This document shows, in pieces, positions 26,031 through 39,938 of a DNA stretch of 64,000 nucleotides. The translations under genes and the position numbers were made by a program. The stretch covers positions 6,138,001 through 6,202,000 of the forward strand of contig OX597838.1 of the NCBI GenBank assembly GCA_951406725.2, written 5' to 3'. Position 1 is the first letter of the stretch. Each line of letters opens with the position of its first letter. This DNA is from Octopus vulgaris (taxonomy: Eukaryota). The notes under the pieces were generated by a model that saw only the letters and a program-made list of their open reading frames with translations, was not told the origin of the DNA and did no database searches.

Positions 26031-26200
26031 AAAACCTTAGGCGATTCAAGTCTGAAATCACGCTTTAGTTTGTATTTAGAGAAGCAAACGACAAAAATAG
26101 ATAGAGATTAATATCTGTGGGGCAGATTAGTACAGATAAGATGTCAGGTGACAGGCAATGATAATCTCCTGAATGAATACATACGTTTAAAAGAATATAA

Positions 26201-26430
26201 GGCGGCGAGCTGGCAGAACCGTTAGCACGCCGGGCGAAATGCGTTGCTGTATTTCGTCTGCCGTTACGTTCTGAGTTCAAATTCCGCCGAGGTCGACTTT
26301 TGCCTTTCATCATTTCGGGGTCGATAAATTAAGTACGAGTTACGCACTGGGGTCGATGTAATCGACTTAATCCGTTTGTCTGTCCTTGTTTGTCCGTTCT
26401 ATGTTTAGCCCCTTGTGAGTAATAAAGAAA
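26201..26430 (+). mobile_element. SINE family A, young full-length copy
   Basis: GGCGGCGAGCTGGCAGAACC...GTTCAAATTCCGCCGAGGTCGAC...TGTTTAGCCCCTTGTGAGTAATAAAGAAA. Confidence 0.93.
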
Positions 26431-26644
26431 CAAATAGATACATTTCAAAGAATTTTCTAGTGATGAGCTTTAGATGGAGGAGATCCTTATCGAAAAGAAA
26501 AGTTATATGTATATGTGTATAAGTAGTATATGAGGGTTCTGCTTTCTAAAATATTTAGGATATAAATATTTTTTTAAAAATTGGCATTCATTTCATTATT
26601 TTGTATAAGAAGCAAGAATTCCACAGGTAAATTATAATTCACTT

Positions 26645-26813
26645 CTATAAAAGATGAGGGGTTATGTACATTATTTGCATTTGACGGATATTTGTCTTCA
26701 TCCTGTCAGTAAGCTCAGCATTTCGGTTCCAGCCTTCATACCTTCCCAGTCTTCATCATGTGTCTTGGGGAAATTTCGAATTCTCATTCCTAAGGTATTT
26801 TTCGATATCATTA

Positions 26814-26844
<31 letters not shown>

Positions 26845-26919
26845 TCAGGTCACTGCCTGGAATCGAACTCGGAATCTTATGGTTAGTAGCCCACGCTCTT
26901 AACCATTGCTCCATATGCC
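26645..26919 (-). mobile_element. SINE family E: tRNA-like head, internal (AAT)n, hammerhead-like tail
   Basis: Minus strand GGCATATGGAGCAATGGTTAAGAGCGTGGGCTACTAACC...GAGTTCGATTCC (A and B boxes), then (AAT)n, then ATGATGAAG...CCGAAA. The 3' boundary is approximate. Confidence 0.7.
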
Positions 26920-27199
26920 ATAGGTATGCCATATTTCCTAACCTTGCACTTGTTGACACACCTATACTCTTAATACTACTCGTCACATAATGGCTGTTAT
27001 TGTAGTCTCTGAAGTAATTACAGTCAATTTGATACTAGATTTACTCATAAAAGCAACATTTCCGTTCACTGAATAATTTTCCGTTATACCAAATGAAAAA
27101 CAAATAAAAAATCATCAACAAAAAATAATTATATGGTGGAAAAAACGATAAATTTCAGAAACTGCAACGGTTTTTATAAGGAAGAAAACCGTATGTTTT

Positions 27200-27385
27200 C
27201 TTTCATAGCCATAAGGTCTAGCATTTTGAGGAAGGTGAATAGTCGAAGTATTACTTATCTTATCGACCTCAAAAGAACGAAATGCAAAGCTGGTGTTGAC
27301 AGGACTTGAACTCAGAAGGTAACGCCTGCAGAAATATCCTTAACCTTGTTACCCAGTGCGTGACGATTCCACTACTTCACCGCTG
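27200..27385 (-). mobile_element. SINE family A, highly diverged
   Basis: AGTCGA...TACTTATCTTATCGACC...GCAAAG...TTGAACTCAGAA...ACGATTCC. Confidence 0.6.
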
Positions 27386-28811
27386 CAACAATATGGAGTA
27401 ATGATACACGACACATCTCCTTAGACATTAGTCCGAATATTTCAATAGTTCTGCTTTCTGTTCATGGTGTCCCTCCATAATGGATGTAGTTTAAATAACG
27501 AGACTTTTGGAGCAATAGGTCACGATAGGTGATCTACGTTGTTAAGGATAAGAACGAGTACAGTACATGCGTAGTATAGACATTGTGAAAATAAATATCA
27601 AAATCTAGCGTTTCTAATAGGCCCTTATAGGAGGTTATTGTCGTCTTTTGTAAGGAAAAAAAATTATACAAACAGATAGGAATCGAAGAAGAAAATATAA
27701 AAGAGATCCTATTTGATAACGAGGGGTTGGGTCTAAATTCGCTTCGATTGGAACGTGTTCAAAGAGCAAATGCAATCACCAAGTATGCAGGTGAAAAATA
27801 AAATGTATGAAGATCAGGAGAAGATAAGACGACTCGATAATGATCGATATAAGAAGCTGGTGATTTTTCAGTGCACGAATTCATAATGAGTTTTCTTTTT
27901 AGACATGGAAAGAAAAGTATGCCTGTATATTCATATAAGTTCTCATGCATATATTTCTTCCTGTGAAAGCGTACACACACACACATAGATTCTATACGCA
28001 TATATGCTTGTGTATATAGATATAATAGTGTATGTCTGAGTTCATAACAATTGAATTACGTTTGTTATTGTAAAGCAAATTTAAGAATAATAACGAACCA
28101 TTTATTGATGTGTGTGCTTCTATTCTAATATACGTATATACATGAACGCATTCCTTATATTCCCAGCATTTCATTATTGAATGTATTGTCTTTTACAGTC
28201 TGTGTTTTGATAGAGTAAAACTGATTTGATTGAAGGTGACCTTGGCATATTTGGCAGTAGGAAATTTTTATATTGTTTTTCATTTTTTTTTTTACACTTG
28301 TGGAATTATTTTAAAACGGTGTCTTTTCACTGGCAGCAATTTTGATGCTGTCCGTATTGAGCTAGTGCCAGAAAAATGTATGATGATAGATGTGAATAGA
28401 ACAGCAACATATTCTAAAGGAAGGAAGCGTGCTGCAAAAGACGCCTTGATCTTTGATGCAAAGTTTTCAGAAATAAGCATACGGTATTACAGATGTGACA
28501 GAAGCATCTGATAGAGAATTTCATATCGTTGGCTCTTTTACGTGGCAATAATTTTTCGCATCCTCTCTCCGCGGGACACATTAACATGAAGTATTTAGTA
28601 GAAAATATGGAATTCATTTACTTCAATAAAAAATGACGCTAATAAAGATCTAACCATTTTTAAGGGAAATGTGATATCGTCGCGTTTATTCATTTTACTG
28701 GTGGCAATTGGCTGGGGGTAATAACAAAGAACCGAATCCTAAATATTGATGTACTGTTTCAAAATATTATTTCAGCACTATTTCAAACGTCGTTAGCTCT
28801 TGGTATCAATA

Positions 28812-28857
<46 letters not shown>

Positions 28858-29076
28858 TATATATATATATACTGCTAATAATGATAATAATAATAAAAAT
28901 AATAAGCATAATAATAATAAAAATAATAAGCATAATAATAATGATAATAATAATAGTGATTATAACTCCAAACTTACAGGGAAAAATTCAATTTAGTATT
29001 AAATCAAATTTCACAGTATACATGTATAAAATATATCACTGTTTGTGTTGCATAATAGTCGTTTTATCTCTAATCC

Positions 29077-29112
<36 letters not shown>

Positions 29113-29270
29113 ACTTATATATACAACTTATAAATAAGGGCAAAAGAAAACATTTTCTAATGCCAAATATGCCGAAATTAGACACCCTGTCCATAACCAT
29201 ATACTTTTCACAATACGCACGCTACTCAAAAAAGGTCGACAGAAATTTCTTAAACATTCCATTATTACCA

Positions 29271-29323
29271 TATCGGACCGATTTCAGGGTTAGTTCATAA
29301 GAACCCTCCCTTTGTCAGTGATA
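29271..29323 (-). ncRNA. Minimal type I hammerhead ribozyme-like motif (G8A variant)
   Basis: UAUCA-CUGACAA-[AGGG AG GGUUC UUAU GAACU AA CCCU]-GAAA-UCGG-UC-CGAUA: core order, long stem II, GUC triplet and a 4/5-bp stem I are all present. Confidence 0.6.
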
Positions 29324-29356
29324 AATTACTGACGAAGGGAGGGTTCTTATGAACTA
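29291..29356. repeat. Near-perfect 29-bp inverted repeat (66-nt hairpin)
   Basis: TAGTTCATAAGAACCCTCCCTTTGTCAGT / ACTGACGAAGGGAGGGTTCTTATGAACTA, one mismatch (U.G in plus-strand RNA), 8-nt spacer. Confidence 0.97.
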
Positions 29357-29643
29357 TATATATATATATCAGTTGGTGAGTAACTTCATCCAGCAAGCAT
29401 TATTTTTCGTAGATTCTCGCTACTAACGAAATTCAAGTAGGGAGAAATACTCATTTAGGAATACCACCAATACTGCTGTACAATTACAGATATTTATCTT
29501 TTAATATTATATGTCGAATACCAACTCTCAACTTTATATATGTTTTAAATATGCAAGATGCATTGCTATTTGAAGTAGTACTGCTTTTGTCTCTCTTTAC
29601 CACTCTTATATAACGTATTTCATCTATGTCAGTCTGTCTATAT

Positions 29644-29655
29644 ATTACCTAGCTC

Positions 29656-29697
<42 letters not shown>

Positions 29698-29707
29698 TAC
29701 CTAGCTC

Positions 29708-29745
<38 letters not shown>

Positions 29746-29755
29746 TACCTAGCTC

Positions 29756-29849
<94 letters not shown>

Positions 29850-29869
29850 CCTAGCTCCTCTCTCTCTCC

Positions 29870-29920
<51 letters not shown>
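29644..29920 (+). repeat. Compound minisatellite ATTACCTAGCTC(CT)n(TA)n x4
   Basis: Units start at 29644, 29696, 29744 and 29846. Confidence 0.93.
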
Positions 29921-29922
<2 letters not shown>

Positions 29923-29924
29923 TC

Positions 29925-30310
29925 TTCAGTCATTTGACTGCGGCCATGCTGGAGCACCGCCTTTAGTCGAGCAAATCGACCCCGGAACTTATTCTTTGTA
30001 AGCCCAGTACTTATTCTATCGGTCTCTTTTGCCGAACCGCTAAGTGACGGGGACGTAAACACACCAGAATCGGTTGTCAAGCAATGCTAGGAGGACAAAC
30101 ACAGACACACAAACATATACACGCATATACACACATATATATACATATATACGACGGGCTTCTTTCAGTTTCCGTCTACCAAATCCACTCACAAGGCATT
30201 GGTCGGCCCGAGGCTATAGTAGAAGACACTTGTCCAAGATGCCACGCAGTGGACTGAACCCGGACCATGTGGTTGGTAAGCAAGCTACTTACCACACAGC
30301 CACTCCTGCG

Positions 30311-30312
<2 letters not shown>
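29925..30312 (-). mobile_element. SINE family B, young full-length copy embedded in (TA)n
   Basis: Reverse complement is colinear with 2593-2997; TA tracts on both sides. Confidence 0.93.
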
Positions 30313-30350
<38 letters not shown>

Positions 30351-31707
30351 CACGGTTGAACACAAGCTCTGTTTTATGATGAAATATAATGAAATGAGAT
30401 GTTTTAAATTTCCCCAGAAGATTATGTTAATTTATGCTCCGAAGCTTAGTCTAATAACAACACGAGTATTTTACTGCATCTCTCATTACTTTAGCAATTA
30501 TTTGAAAGCTATGCAATATATTTCGACAGACATGTGATAACAAATGAGTTAAGTGCATATTTAAGCACGAGTGCTAATTTTCTCAATGGCGTACAGGAAT
30601 TATGGAGAAGTTGGGTATTATCTTTGATGTTAGTAATTTCATATGTTAAAAATAAATTTAAAAGCCCACCATGTAAGTTTCCAGGATGATTTGATTCCAA
30701 CTTAAAAGTAATTTAAAAGCCACAAGCAGAAGGCGTTTCTCTTTAACTGTTGAATAATAGTAGGATTTACAGCGAAAAGTGATATTTATTCACGTTATAT
30801 TCCACCCTTGATATATAAAAGAAACATATACTAAAATGTATATATTAAATCTAATATGTATATAGACAACGATTCTTAAATATGTAAATGATCACAACCA
30901 ATACAGAAAAATTTCAAACGATTGGGTTGGCGCATTATATAATTATTACTGCGGCTTTTTCCATAAATCTATTCAACAAAAACAATAACAACACCTAATA
31001 AAAACATCTTTAAATGATTCTTCCGGAGCGTATTCACCATCTACTTCAATTACAGCTTCCCGTTTGCATATATATATATGTATGGTAAATAAAGTTGGAA
31101 AAGGTACAGAAGTATGTTTTAGAGACTGTTTCATATATTACATGTTACCAAATACTAAGAATAATAATTTTGGAAGTCAAAGAGAGAAAAAATTAGGGGG
31201 TAAAACTTTGTACCCACGTTCTTAATGACATTTTACTACATAAACATATACACACATAAACGAACGAGCACACATTTATAATAAAGGCAAAGAGTGTTGA
31301 CACGCACTTAAATGTTTCAGCCAGCACTTTATTTTCAGACTACTCGACAACTGTTAGGGAAGCAGAAACTTCGAGGTCACTGTCTACGTTGTTCCTGTTA
31401 TAGAATCATCAAAACTTTATTCTACAAATACGATAAAGTAATATTTCATTTTAATATGAAATTACTCTTATAGAGTCAAATAAAAATAAGTATTGCGTTT
31501 GTATATTCATCTTGCTTCGGTGAGAACGAGGTAGAACAAAGAAGTCAGCTCGCCACCGCATTAATTCCAAGATGTCCTGCGACGGGATCCTTACTGTGAG
31601 ATGTTAAAATACAATATCTACTATTATTATTTCTTGCATTGTTCCAGCTTCCCGAGACAATAAAACCTGTGTGTGTGTGTGTTATAACATCACACACGCA
31701 CTCACGT

Positions 31708-31747
<40 letters not shown>

Positions 31748-31956
31748 CACATGCATACATACATATATACACACATGCATACATATATATACACATATGC
31801 ATATATACCAACATATACACATACAAATATACATACATACATATACCTACAAATATAAAAACATATATACATATAAACATATAAATACACTTACATACAA
31901 ATATGCATACAAACATATACACATACATACACATATATACATACACATACATACAA

Positions 31957-31995
<39 letters not shown>

Positions 31996-34443
31996 CATAC
32001 GCTTTACTGTCTGTTCTCTGTTGTGCACGAGTTATAAAATTAGAGCATTACGCGATGCTTCTGTGTAAGAATAGCAGACATTTTCTCCTGACATTTTGAA
32101 CTTTGCATATACCAATAACTTTCATTTGCCATTTTACGTTATAGCTTCCATTGTGTTTGTATGATTCCGTGGTTAATTTTTATCCTTTGTTATGCAGAGT
32201 GTTTGCTTTGTTTTTTATGGGATATTTCTACTTCACGTATTTATCTACAAACGTTTCTTTCTACTCGTCTGAGAGATTCTGTACTTTTATGGTTATGTGG
32301 CTTTAATCCTTGTAAACTCTTTGTTTATCATCTTGAAGCATTTTATTTGGCTTTCTTTCTTATATATATATATTATCCTATACCAATTTTTTCCTCATCA
32401 TTTGCCTACTGTCTGTAGATCTTATCGTTCATTCCATACGTTGTTTTCAGTTAACATTCTTTTATACATATATTATTATTATTACTATTATTATTATTAT
32501 TCATATATGTTCAGAGGAGTGGCTGATATTTCTGTGTACTGGCTTTCGATTTCAAATAGATTTCTATAACGTTTCTTTTTCGGTTAATTTCCTGCTAAAG
32601 ATTTTGATTCCAGACTAGGTTTTCTTGTGTATTTCTATTTTTCGACATCACTACTTGTAGTTACCGAGTTACTGTTTTTAGTTGTGGCATTCATTTTATT
32701 TTTAATTTCATACCAATTGCATCTATATCATATATTTCTCGTATAATTATTTCCAATGCACGATTATCTTCCACCATTAAAAGACTATTTTCTTATGTTA
32801 TATAACCTCTTGCTGGCTTGTGATATATGTCAAATTTTATTAATGTTTTTGCTTCGAGTGTTTCTGCAATTTCCTCTATCATGCTTTCTGGATGACTGCG
32901 TTTAGTCTAAAGAAATTCATTCCAGTTCTTTCCGTATTCTTATTGAGAAGATCTCGATTTGACGTTAGCAGTTCCTTTTTTTTTTCCTTCGGCTATTAGA
33001 GTTATATTAGCATTTAAGTTGTTGCAGTTGTCGAAATTATTTAGTCCCATGCCTGATCGAGCAAATCTACAATGAAAGAGGTTCCTGTTATCACATCCTG
33101 TATTTTGTCGAGGCAAATTGTATTTAATTTTACGTTATTCATTGTCTCAATTCATGTTATCAGGAATGGGTGTGTGTTGTTTACAGCAATTGAACGTTAT
33201 TCTTTTCTTAGAAACATTGTCTCACTTTCAATTCTTTCGCTGTTTCATGTTGCATTTGCCTCTTTCATTTATTCCTTCTTTTCCTATAACTTTCTGATTC
33301 TCTACTTTTATATCGTTACTTTAATATATATATATAAATATCTATTATTATGTTCGATAATATTCACCGAGATATAGACGAATATTGAAGAGCTTGTTCG
33401 GTATATTTCTTTGATTTTAATGTTGTTTAATCCCGAGTCCACCCACAAGGAACATAGCTAACATCAAACGATGTCAAGACGAGATCAATATTAGCGTCCA
33501 AAACATTTACAATGATTACAGTGTATCATTTGGGAGGCGGCAAGCTGTCATTTCGGGTTGATTTAGTATATTAGTAATTTATAGCAGCTGGAGACCCTCG
33601 TTGATTTGCTCTTGTTGTATGGTGGGCGATTCTCGAATTAGTTGGTTTACAGTTTCTCAAGTGTTGTGTTTCAATGTGTGTAGTGAAATTTATTAACATG
33701 ATTTGGTGGTTTTGTATCATAGAAAAGAAAACAGCTTTTATTTTTCATAGAATTCATATGCTGAGCGTATTGTATTTCTTTCTCTTAATTCCCCAGCTAT
33801 TATTTTAAAGTTCTATAAGGTAACAGTAAGGTTTTATATCATAGCATTTGACACAGTCAGGGACCCTCAACGTGGTCGCTCAAAATCCAACCTATAGTAG
33901 AAAATTCCGTTCGAATATATCGATTTAAAATAATGAGATATTGAAAAGTTGGTTCTCTTATTTCTAGTTCTGATCTGGAACTTAACAAAAGCCAACACCA
34001 TGATTCTGATTAAAGTCAATAAGTGGACTTCTCCATAATCTATCGAAACAACAGTCAAATAATAACTTTTAAAATACAACCACATCATGAGGAAACTTGC
34101 ATCTTATCCAAGAATACGTGTTCCAAGGGTGATCATAAAAGTGGGCCGGCTTCATCAGTATTGACCATAGCTGAAACATGAAAACCATGACAGGTATTGT
34201 ATTACATATTCTAATATTTTGTCAGGAAGAATGCTTCCTTCACAGAATCTCCTGAAGGAATGGTGGAGGCAAAAGGAAGTAATCTCCAAACGAGACAACT
34301 CGTCCAAATTTACAACACTCTGAACTTCACTGAAGGCACTCAAAATGCCATTTGTATGTGTCTGTGTAAGACGTGGGGACGGGTAACTGAGAGATGAATT
34401 GAGTCTACCACATACGTAACCAACGGAAATTGAACTCAAAACG

Positions 34444-34474
<31 letters not shown>

Positions 34475-34484
<10 letters not shown>

Positions 34485-34705
34485 CTGTGTGTGTTTGTGT
34501 GTCTGTGTTTGTCCCCCTAGCATTGTTTGACAACCGATGCTGGTGTGTTTACCTCCCCGTCACTTAGCGGTTCGGCAAAAGAGACGGATAGAATAAGTAC
34601 TGGGCTTACAAAGAATAAGTCCCGGGGTCGATTTGCTCGACTAAAGACGGTGCTCCAGCATGGCCGCAGTCAAATGACTGAAACAAGTAAAACAGTAAAA
34701 GAGTA
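34475..34705 (+). mobile_element. SINE family B, 3' half only (begins at the internal microsatellite)
   Basis: TGTCTGTGTTTGTCCCCCTAGCATTG...GCCGCAGTCAAATGACTGAAACAAGTAAAA. Confidence 0.9.
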
Positions 34706-37700
34706 AATAGTAAATATCACCATGAAACATGGCAAACGTTTTCTTTTTACTGTTTTGTTGATCAAGGACTATGGTTGGTTTGTTTGTTTCCTTTTCTCTA
34801 TGCTTAAATTTGTACTTCTTGTGATGTGACCTGTATACAGTAACCACGCGAATAAATGTCGCAAAGCCATTGCATTTCTCGTATTCTATAGACTTAAGAA
34901 ACGGAAGAACAATTTTATTTGTATTGCGTTTAAAATAGATTTTCTTGCTGGGTGGAAAAAAAGCGAAAGATTCACGGCTGTAAATTTCTTTGATGTACTT
35001 CTTCAGACAAAACTGATTTCGAGATAATGAACGATAGAAACAACACGATACTTATTTACAATCGACCTGCATTCACACTAGAAAAAGATAAAGAATATTT
35101 GTATTGTTATTTTCATTGCTGTTCAGTCCCAGTTCAACGCTGATTACGAAAAACCTTGTCAAAACACTTCCAGCTATAACAGTACTGTGTATTGTTTTTT
35201 AACACCATATATCTAAATAATGCAGAATCCAATTTAGACTAGTGTCTCATTTTATAGATGTTAGCGTGTGATTTCTTGCAGATCAACTGTCTATACTGAA
35301 GCTAAAACATACTCGATTTAATTTAGTTATTATCATTGTAAATTCAATTGTCCTAGAAAATTTTCGATTTTTTTTCAAGCAGACAGTTCGCTTTTTTAGT
35401 CATTCGTATATCAACGAAGACAGTACCATAAAAATTCTGACTTAAAAGCAGTATTCTAAATATGATAAATGGAAGGTTGCACTATGAATGTACTTTCCGT
35501 TACTAATATCAACATCTTTTGCAATCTTTCAAAGAAAAATTTTTATAACATAAAAAGAAAATGTTAAGGAAACCGACTGTTATATTTCTTTTTATTTCTC
35601 TGACACATGCTTACATCAGAATTTTTTTCTTAAATTCTACATACTCGGAATGACATGGCTGTCATTGTAAACGACAAGCAGCTTTGATTTCATTTAGTGT
35701 CATTCTTATACATATATATATATATATATATTTTATTATATTCATTTTTGAATTTCACTTCTTCGTAGGAAATCCATATTTTCTTTATATTTACTTATTA
35801 TTATTATTAAATTTATTGCTTTTTACTTGAATAGAATATTTGAACTAGCGCTGTAGGAGAATTCTATTTGACATATTTGGATTTTGTGGCATAAAGTTTT
35901 GCTCTTGCTTTTATTATTAATTTTGTTTATTATTAATTTTTAGTTCCCACCCCATTTTCCCGCATATCTTATGCGAACAAATATTACTTTCTTCATTTAT
36001 ATATTTATATGCATTACGCTTTCTTATATCTTAATGCAGTTTCTCGTAATGGTATAACAGTAACAGATGTTTTCTATAGTGAGTTGACTACCAGCATTTA
36101 CAACTCAAGTATTGATGAAAAGCAAAACAGACACACAAAATATATTAGGAAGTATTTCAGAAAAAAAGATAACAAACAAAGATACTTCCACCGACAAATC
36201 ACGGAGAGAAACAGGGTCTTTGTGATAGATAGTAATAGTAATGCTGACTTCAGCTTTCGCAACAAAAATTAAATAGTAAAAAGCAAGTTCACATGCTTAG
36301 CCAAACGGAAATACATTTAAATATTTTAATGTTTGCAACCTAGCTGAAAAACCTTCCCTGATTTTTACGAGAGCTTGTTAACAATCATGTTTTCTTCAGA
36401 CATACTGCAAAAGCATGAAAAAATAAGAAATGGAAAGAAGCCATATATGAAAGTAAAATGCTAAGGAGGATCTAATGGTTGAGTAAAATCAGAAAAAAGA
36501 AATTATTGGGGTAATTCAGAATTATTTGCACATATTCAAAATTTGACCATGAGCAAAGTGTTGCGCTGAATTAGTTAATCATGTATCTGCGCGCGTGGTG
36601 CTTACATAATTTTTGATGACTGTCACATATCCATAAATGCCACGTGATATTTTCGTTGCCAGTATATATGTGGATTTTAAAGTCACTTGAATGACTTTCT
36701 CGCTGTGGAGTTCAGGAGACCAAAGACTGAATTACAACATTCATAGTAACATTCATGCTGGACGTGGAATTTACATTATATAAATGTTCTGTATGCAACG
36801 GATTATATATTTGGGTTCCCAGAGTTAAGCATCATGTACACAGCATACAGAAGAACAACATTAGAGATTGCTGATGATACTATTAGTAATGATGCTTATA
36901 AACATTACATTTGAATGGACTCATATGAAACTCAGTTGGACTTTTGGATTTTACTCAAAGGATATTAGAATAATACACAAATATACCATTATGCCTAGAA
37001 AACGGATTTACGAATTCAATAACCATGCATACCTTACATCTATTTTCTTTCCTCCACCTCACTCTCTATCCCAGAAATAGCTGTAAGACCTATCTATAAA
37101 TGCTCTAATATCTATATACAGCCTTGGTTTTTGTTTAATCTCATTACACAAAAATTTCATATATACAAACGTTGACATAGAACCAACGTTGAACCCTTTA
37201 TTCGCATTATTACCGAATCTGGAACGTAACTATGGTCTGTCTATAGCACTTATTCAGCATTACCTGACACCTTTGGGTCTCAGGTTCTGTTTTTGTTTTA
37301 ATACATCTGCTTTCAGTACAAATAACCTTGATTTGTCAAGAAAATGTTACCATATAATACAAGTTGAGAGCTGAAACATCTGCTACACGAATTCTTATAA
37401 ATACGCTCCACATTATATACATACATGGCCGAGGCCAAGCAATAAGATCATTTATAAACCAGAAAAAAAACTATTTGTACTATCGCATTCTCTCCACAAA
37501 AACAATGTGAAATATATTTGCTTCTCTCCTCCTCTATCATCGTTTGCTATTCAATCAATTTGATTGCCTACATAATATATACATAATATATATACATAAT
37601 ATATACCATAATTTATATTACTGTTACGCTATCTACAAAAGGGACAACTAGTTACAGCTTATGCTTAACGTCAGCAAAACGGAAGTAAACCAGGCTGTGA

Positions 37701-38294
37701 TGACGATTAGGAACGCGAAAGTGGGAAGTCACTGAGAAATTTTAATTGAGAAATTCCATGAAAGTGTGTTCTGCAACGTATGGAGCACTCTCTTATTCTA
37801 ATATTAAAGTGTCTTGATATATATCTTGAAGCAAAAACACACGCATGTGTATAACACAAACACACATATAAATACATGTATGTGTGTGTGTGTGTGCTTG
37901 TTGCAGTATGTGCGTATGTATGCATGTATGTATGTATATATATATATATGGATGTAACAGAAGTGGAAGCAATATGTCCCTCCCGTAGGGGACAAATGCA
38001 GAATGGGTTGAAACGCTCATTAAGAATTAAGAATCTTGCTAAACCCACTTTCCGTTTCCCACATTCGTTACACACACACACACACATACATACATACGAA
38101 TGCGCTTTGTCCCTTTGCTACCGTATTTAAATCATTTTCTCTTATTTAATTTCCTGATCTTTCAGAAAGAGTATAATCCGAGACCTTAGATCCGCTTTCA
38201 TTCCTTTTATGTGCATACATAATTCCATTATACACGTCCCACAATTGGAGTAGATTCGTCTCATATTTTTACGTATCTACTACCACACTTTCAA

Positions 38295-38410
38295 GCTTTC
38301 GGTCGGGTAGGTGATGCTATAGCAGAGGATACTTACCCAGGTTGATACGCAGTGAGACTAAACACAGAGCCCAGTGACTTAGAGAGGAACTTCCTTACGA
38401 CACAGCGAAT
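38295..38410 (-). mobile_element. SINE family B 5' remnant, diverged
   Basis: GCTATAGCAGAGGATACTTACCCAGG...CGCAGTGAGACTAAAC...TTACGACACAGC. Confidence 0.6.
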
Positions 38411-39057
38411 GCTGTTCCTATTTCCTAAATGATACGTAAACTTCTGATCTTCGCATCTCCCTCTCAAATTCTCAGTAGAGAGTGTAACTGTTACCTGATT
38501 ACTTGATTAACACCTGCTGTTACTGTACGTCTTATAATGCCATGTCGCTAAATCATCATTCTTCTTTTCATACACAAGCATTTACGAAACATACACCATT
38601 CCTAAAAATTATCTAACCGAAACCAGTCTTTATTGTGTTACATATAAATTCCTCATATATCTTCCTCATATACACGCGAATGAGATATATCTTCTCAAAT
38701 ACACGCGAACTATCTTAAGAGAGGCTTACCCCATATCCATCAAAAGTATAATTGCATGTTGCTGAATTCATTTATGTAATACTCAAGTGAATATATTTGA
38801 AGCAGTATCAACTGCATCACGTCGAAACTTAAATTAGAGTAACAGCAGTATGCAAGGGTGATGAAAGGTGGCTTTACTGAACGTAACTTCAATTACTGTC
38901 TCTTTTCTCTTAGTCATATAGAAATGAAGAATACAACAATATTATCCAATTACATCTGACATGTCAAAGAACATGCTAGTAATTACAATCTCAAGAAGTT
39001 CCCGAAGTTCCCCCAGCGAAATCTAACTAAAAGACTTCTGAAGTAGAGAACAAATTC

Positions 39058-39098
<41 letters not shown>

Positions 39099-39111
39099 TA
39101 TATAGCCAGCT

Positions 39112-39113
<2 letters not shown>

Positions 39114-39192
<79 letters not shown>
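39114..39192 (+). repeat. (AG)n microsatellite
   Basis: About 39 perfect AG units. Confidence 0.97.
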
Positions 39193-39195
<3 letters not shown>

Positions 39196-39433
39196 GCACA
39201 TGCATCCCTTGTGTTACGATTATCCCTTAGGTTACGGGATTTCGCGCCTACGGTAACTGTAATGAATGACCGTTAATTTCTGGTCGCAATTTATAATTCC
39301 GCTCTTACGGAATGTCGTATTGCAGCAGGTAATCATAAGCAGCGAATGTAATATATTAGCGTACTTCTAGAAACATATCCAACACTTGAATATTAAGAAT
39401 GTACTTCTCTTTCGAATTTATGATTCTATGACG

Positions 39434-39536
<103 letters not shown>

Positions 39537-39938
39537 TGCGCGCGGACATGTTTGATTTTTGTCTTTCTATCAACAACACCAATAAAACCGAGAAGAGAGA
39601 AAACAGCATTATGTAGTATGGAGTAGATAAGCAAATCCATTTCAAATGAAAATATAAACTGTGGTATCCTGTGTATTTTAAATGTTGAATGAAATTTCTT
39701 TTATCTTAGGTCTAGGAGGATTGATTTTAGACCAAACACCCACAACAATACAATTGGAAAGAAGAACAATATGTCTACCATTCCACCAACAATACACGCC
39801 CACCATCACTAACATCTAAACCAATCCGCATAATCAACGCCATTGTTCCAGCAAATTTAGAATCCATTTGACTCCAAATGGTATCATCAAGTACGCCAAC
39901 ACTAGTGTGGATTAGTATTTTTGTATATGTGGGTGAGT

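Noticed and set aside
26847-26919. Genuine tRNA genes at SINE heads (also 39939, 52811, 59498)
   Set aside because: A/B boxes are present, but the cloverleaf stems are imperfect and each head runs into a repeat body with no Pol III terminator.
34252-34304. Hammerhead-like CTGAAGG...AAAC-GAG-ACAA-CTC-GTC
   Set aside because: Stem III is good, but G12 and A9 are missing and there is no stem I.
39710-39880. Plus-strand exon-like segment after ttttatcttag
   Set aside because: Stops occur in all three frames and the donor is weak; no recognisable peptide.
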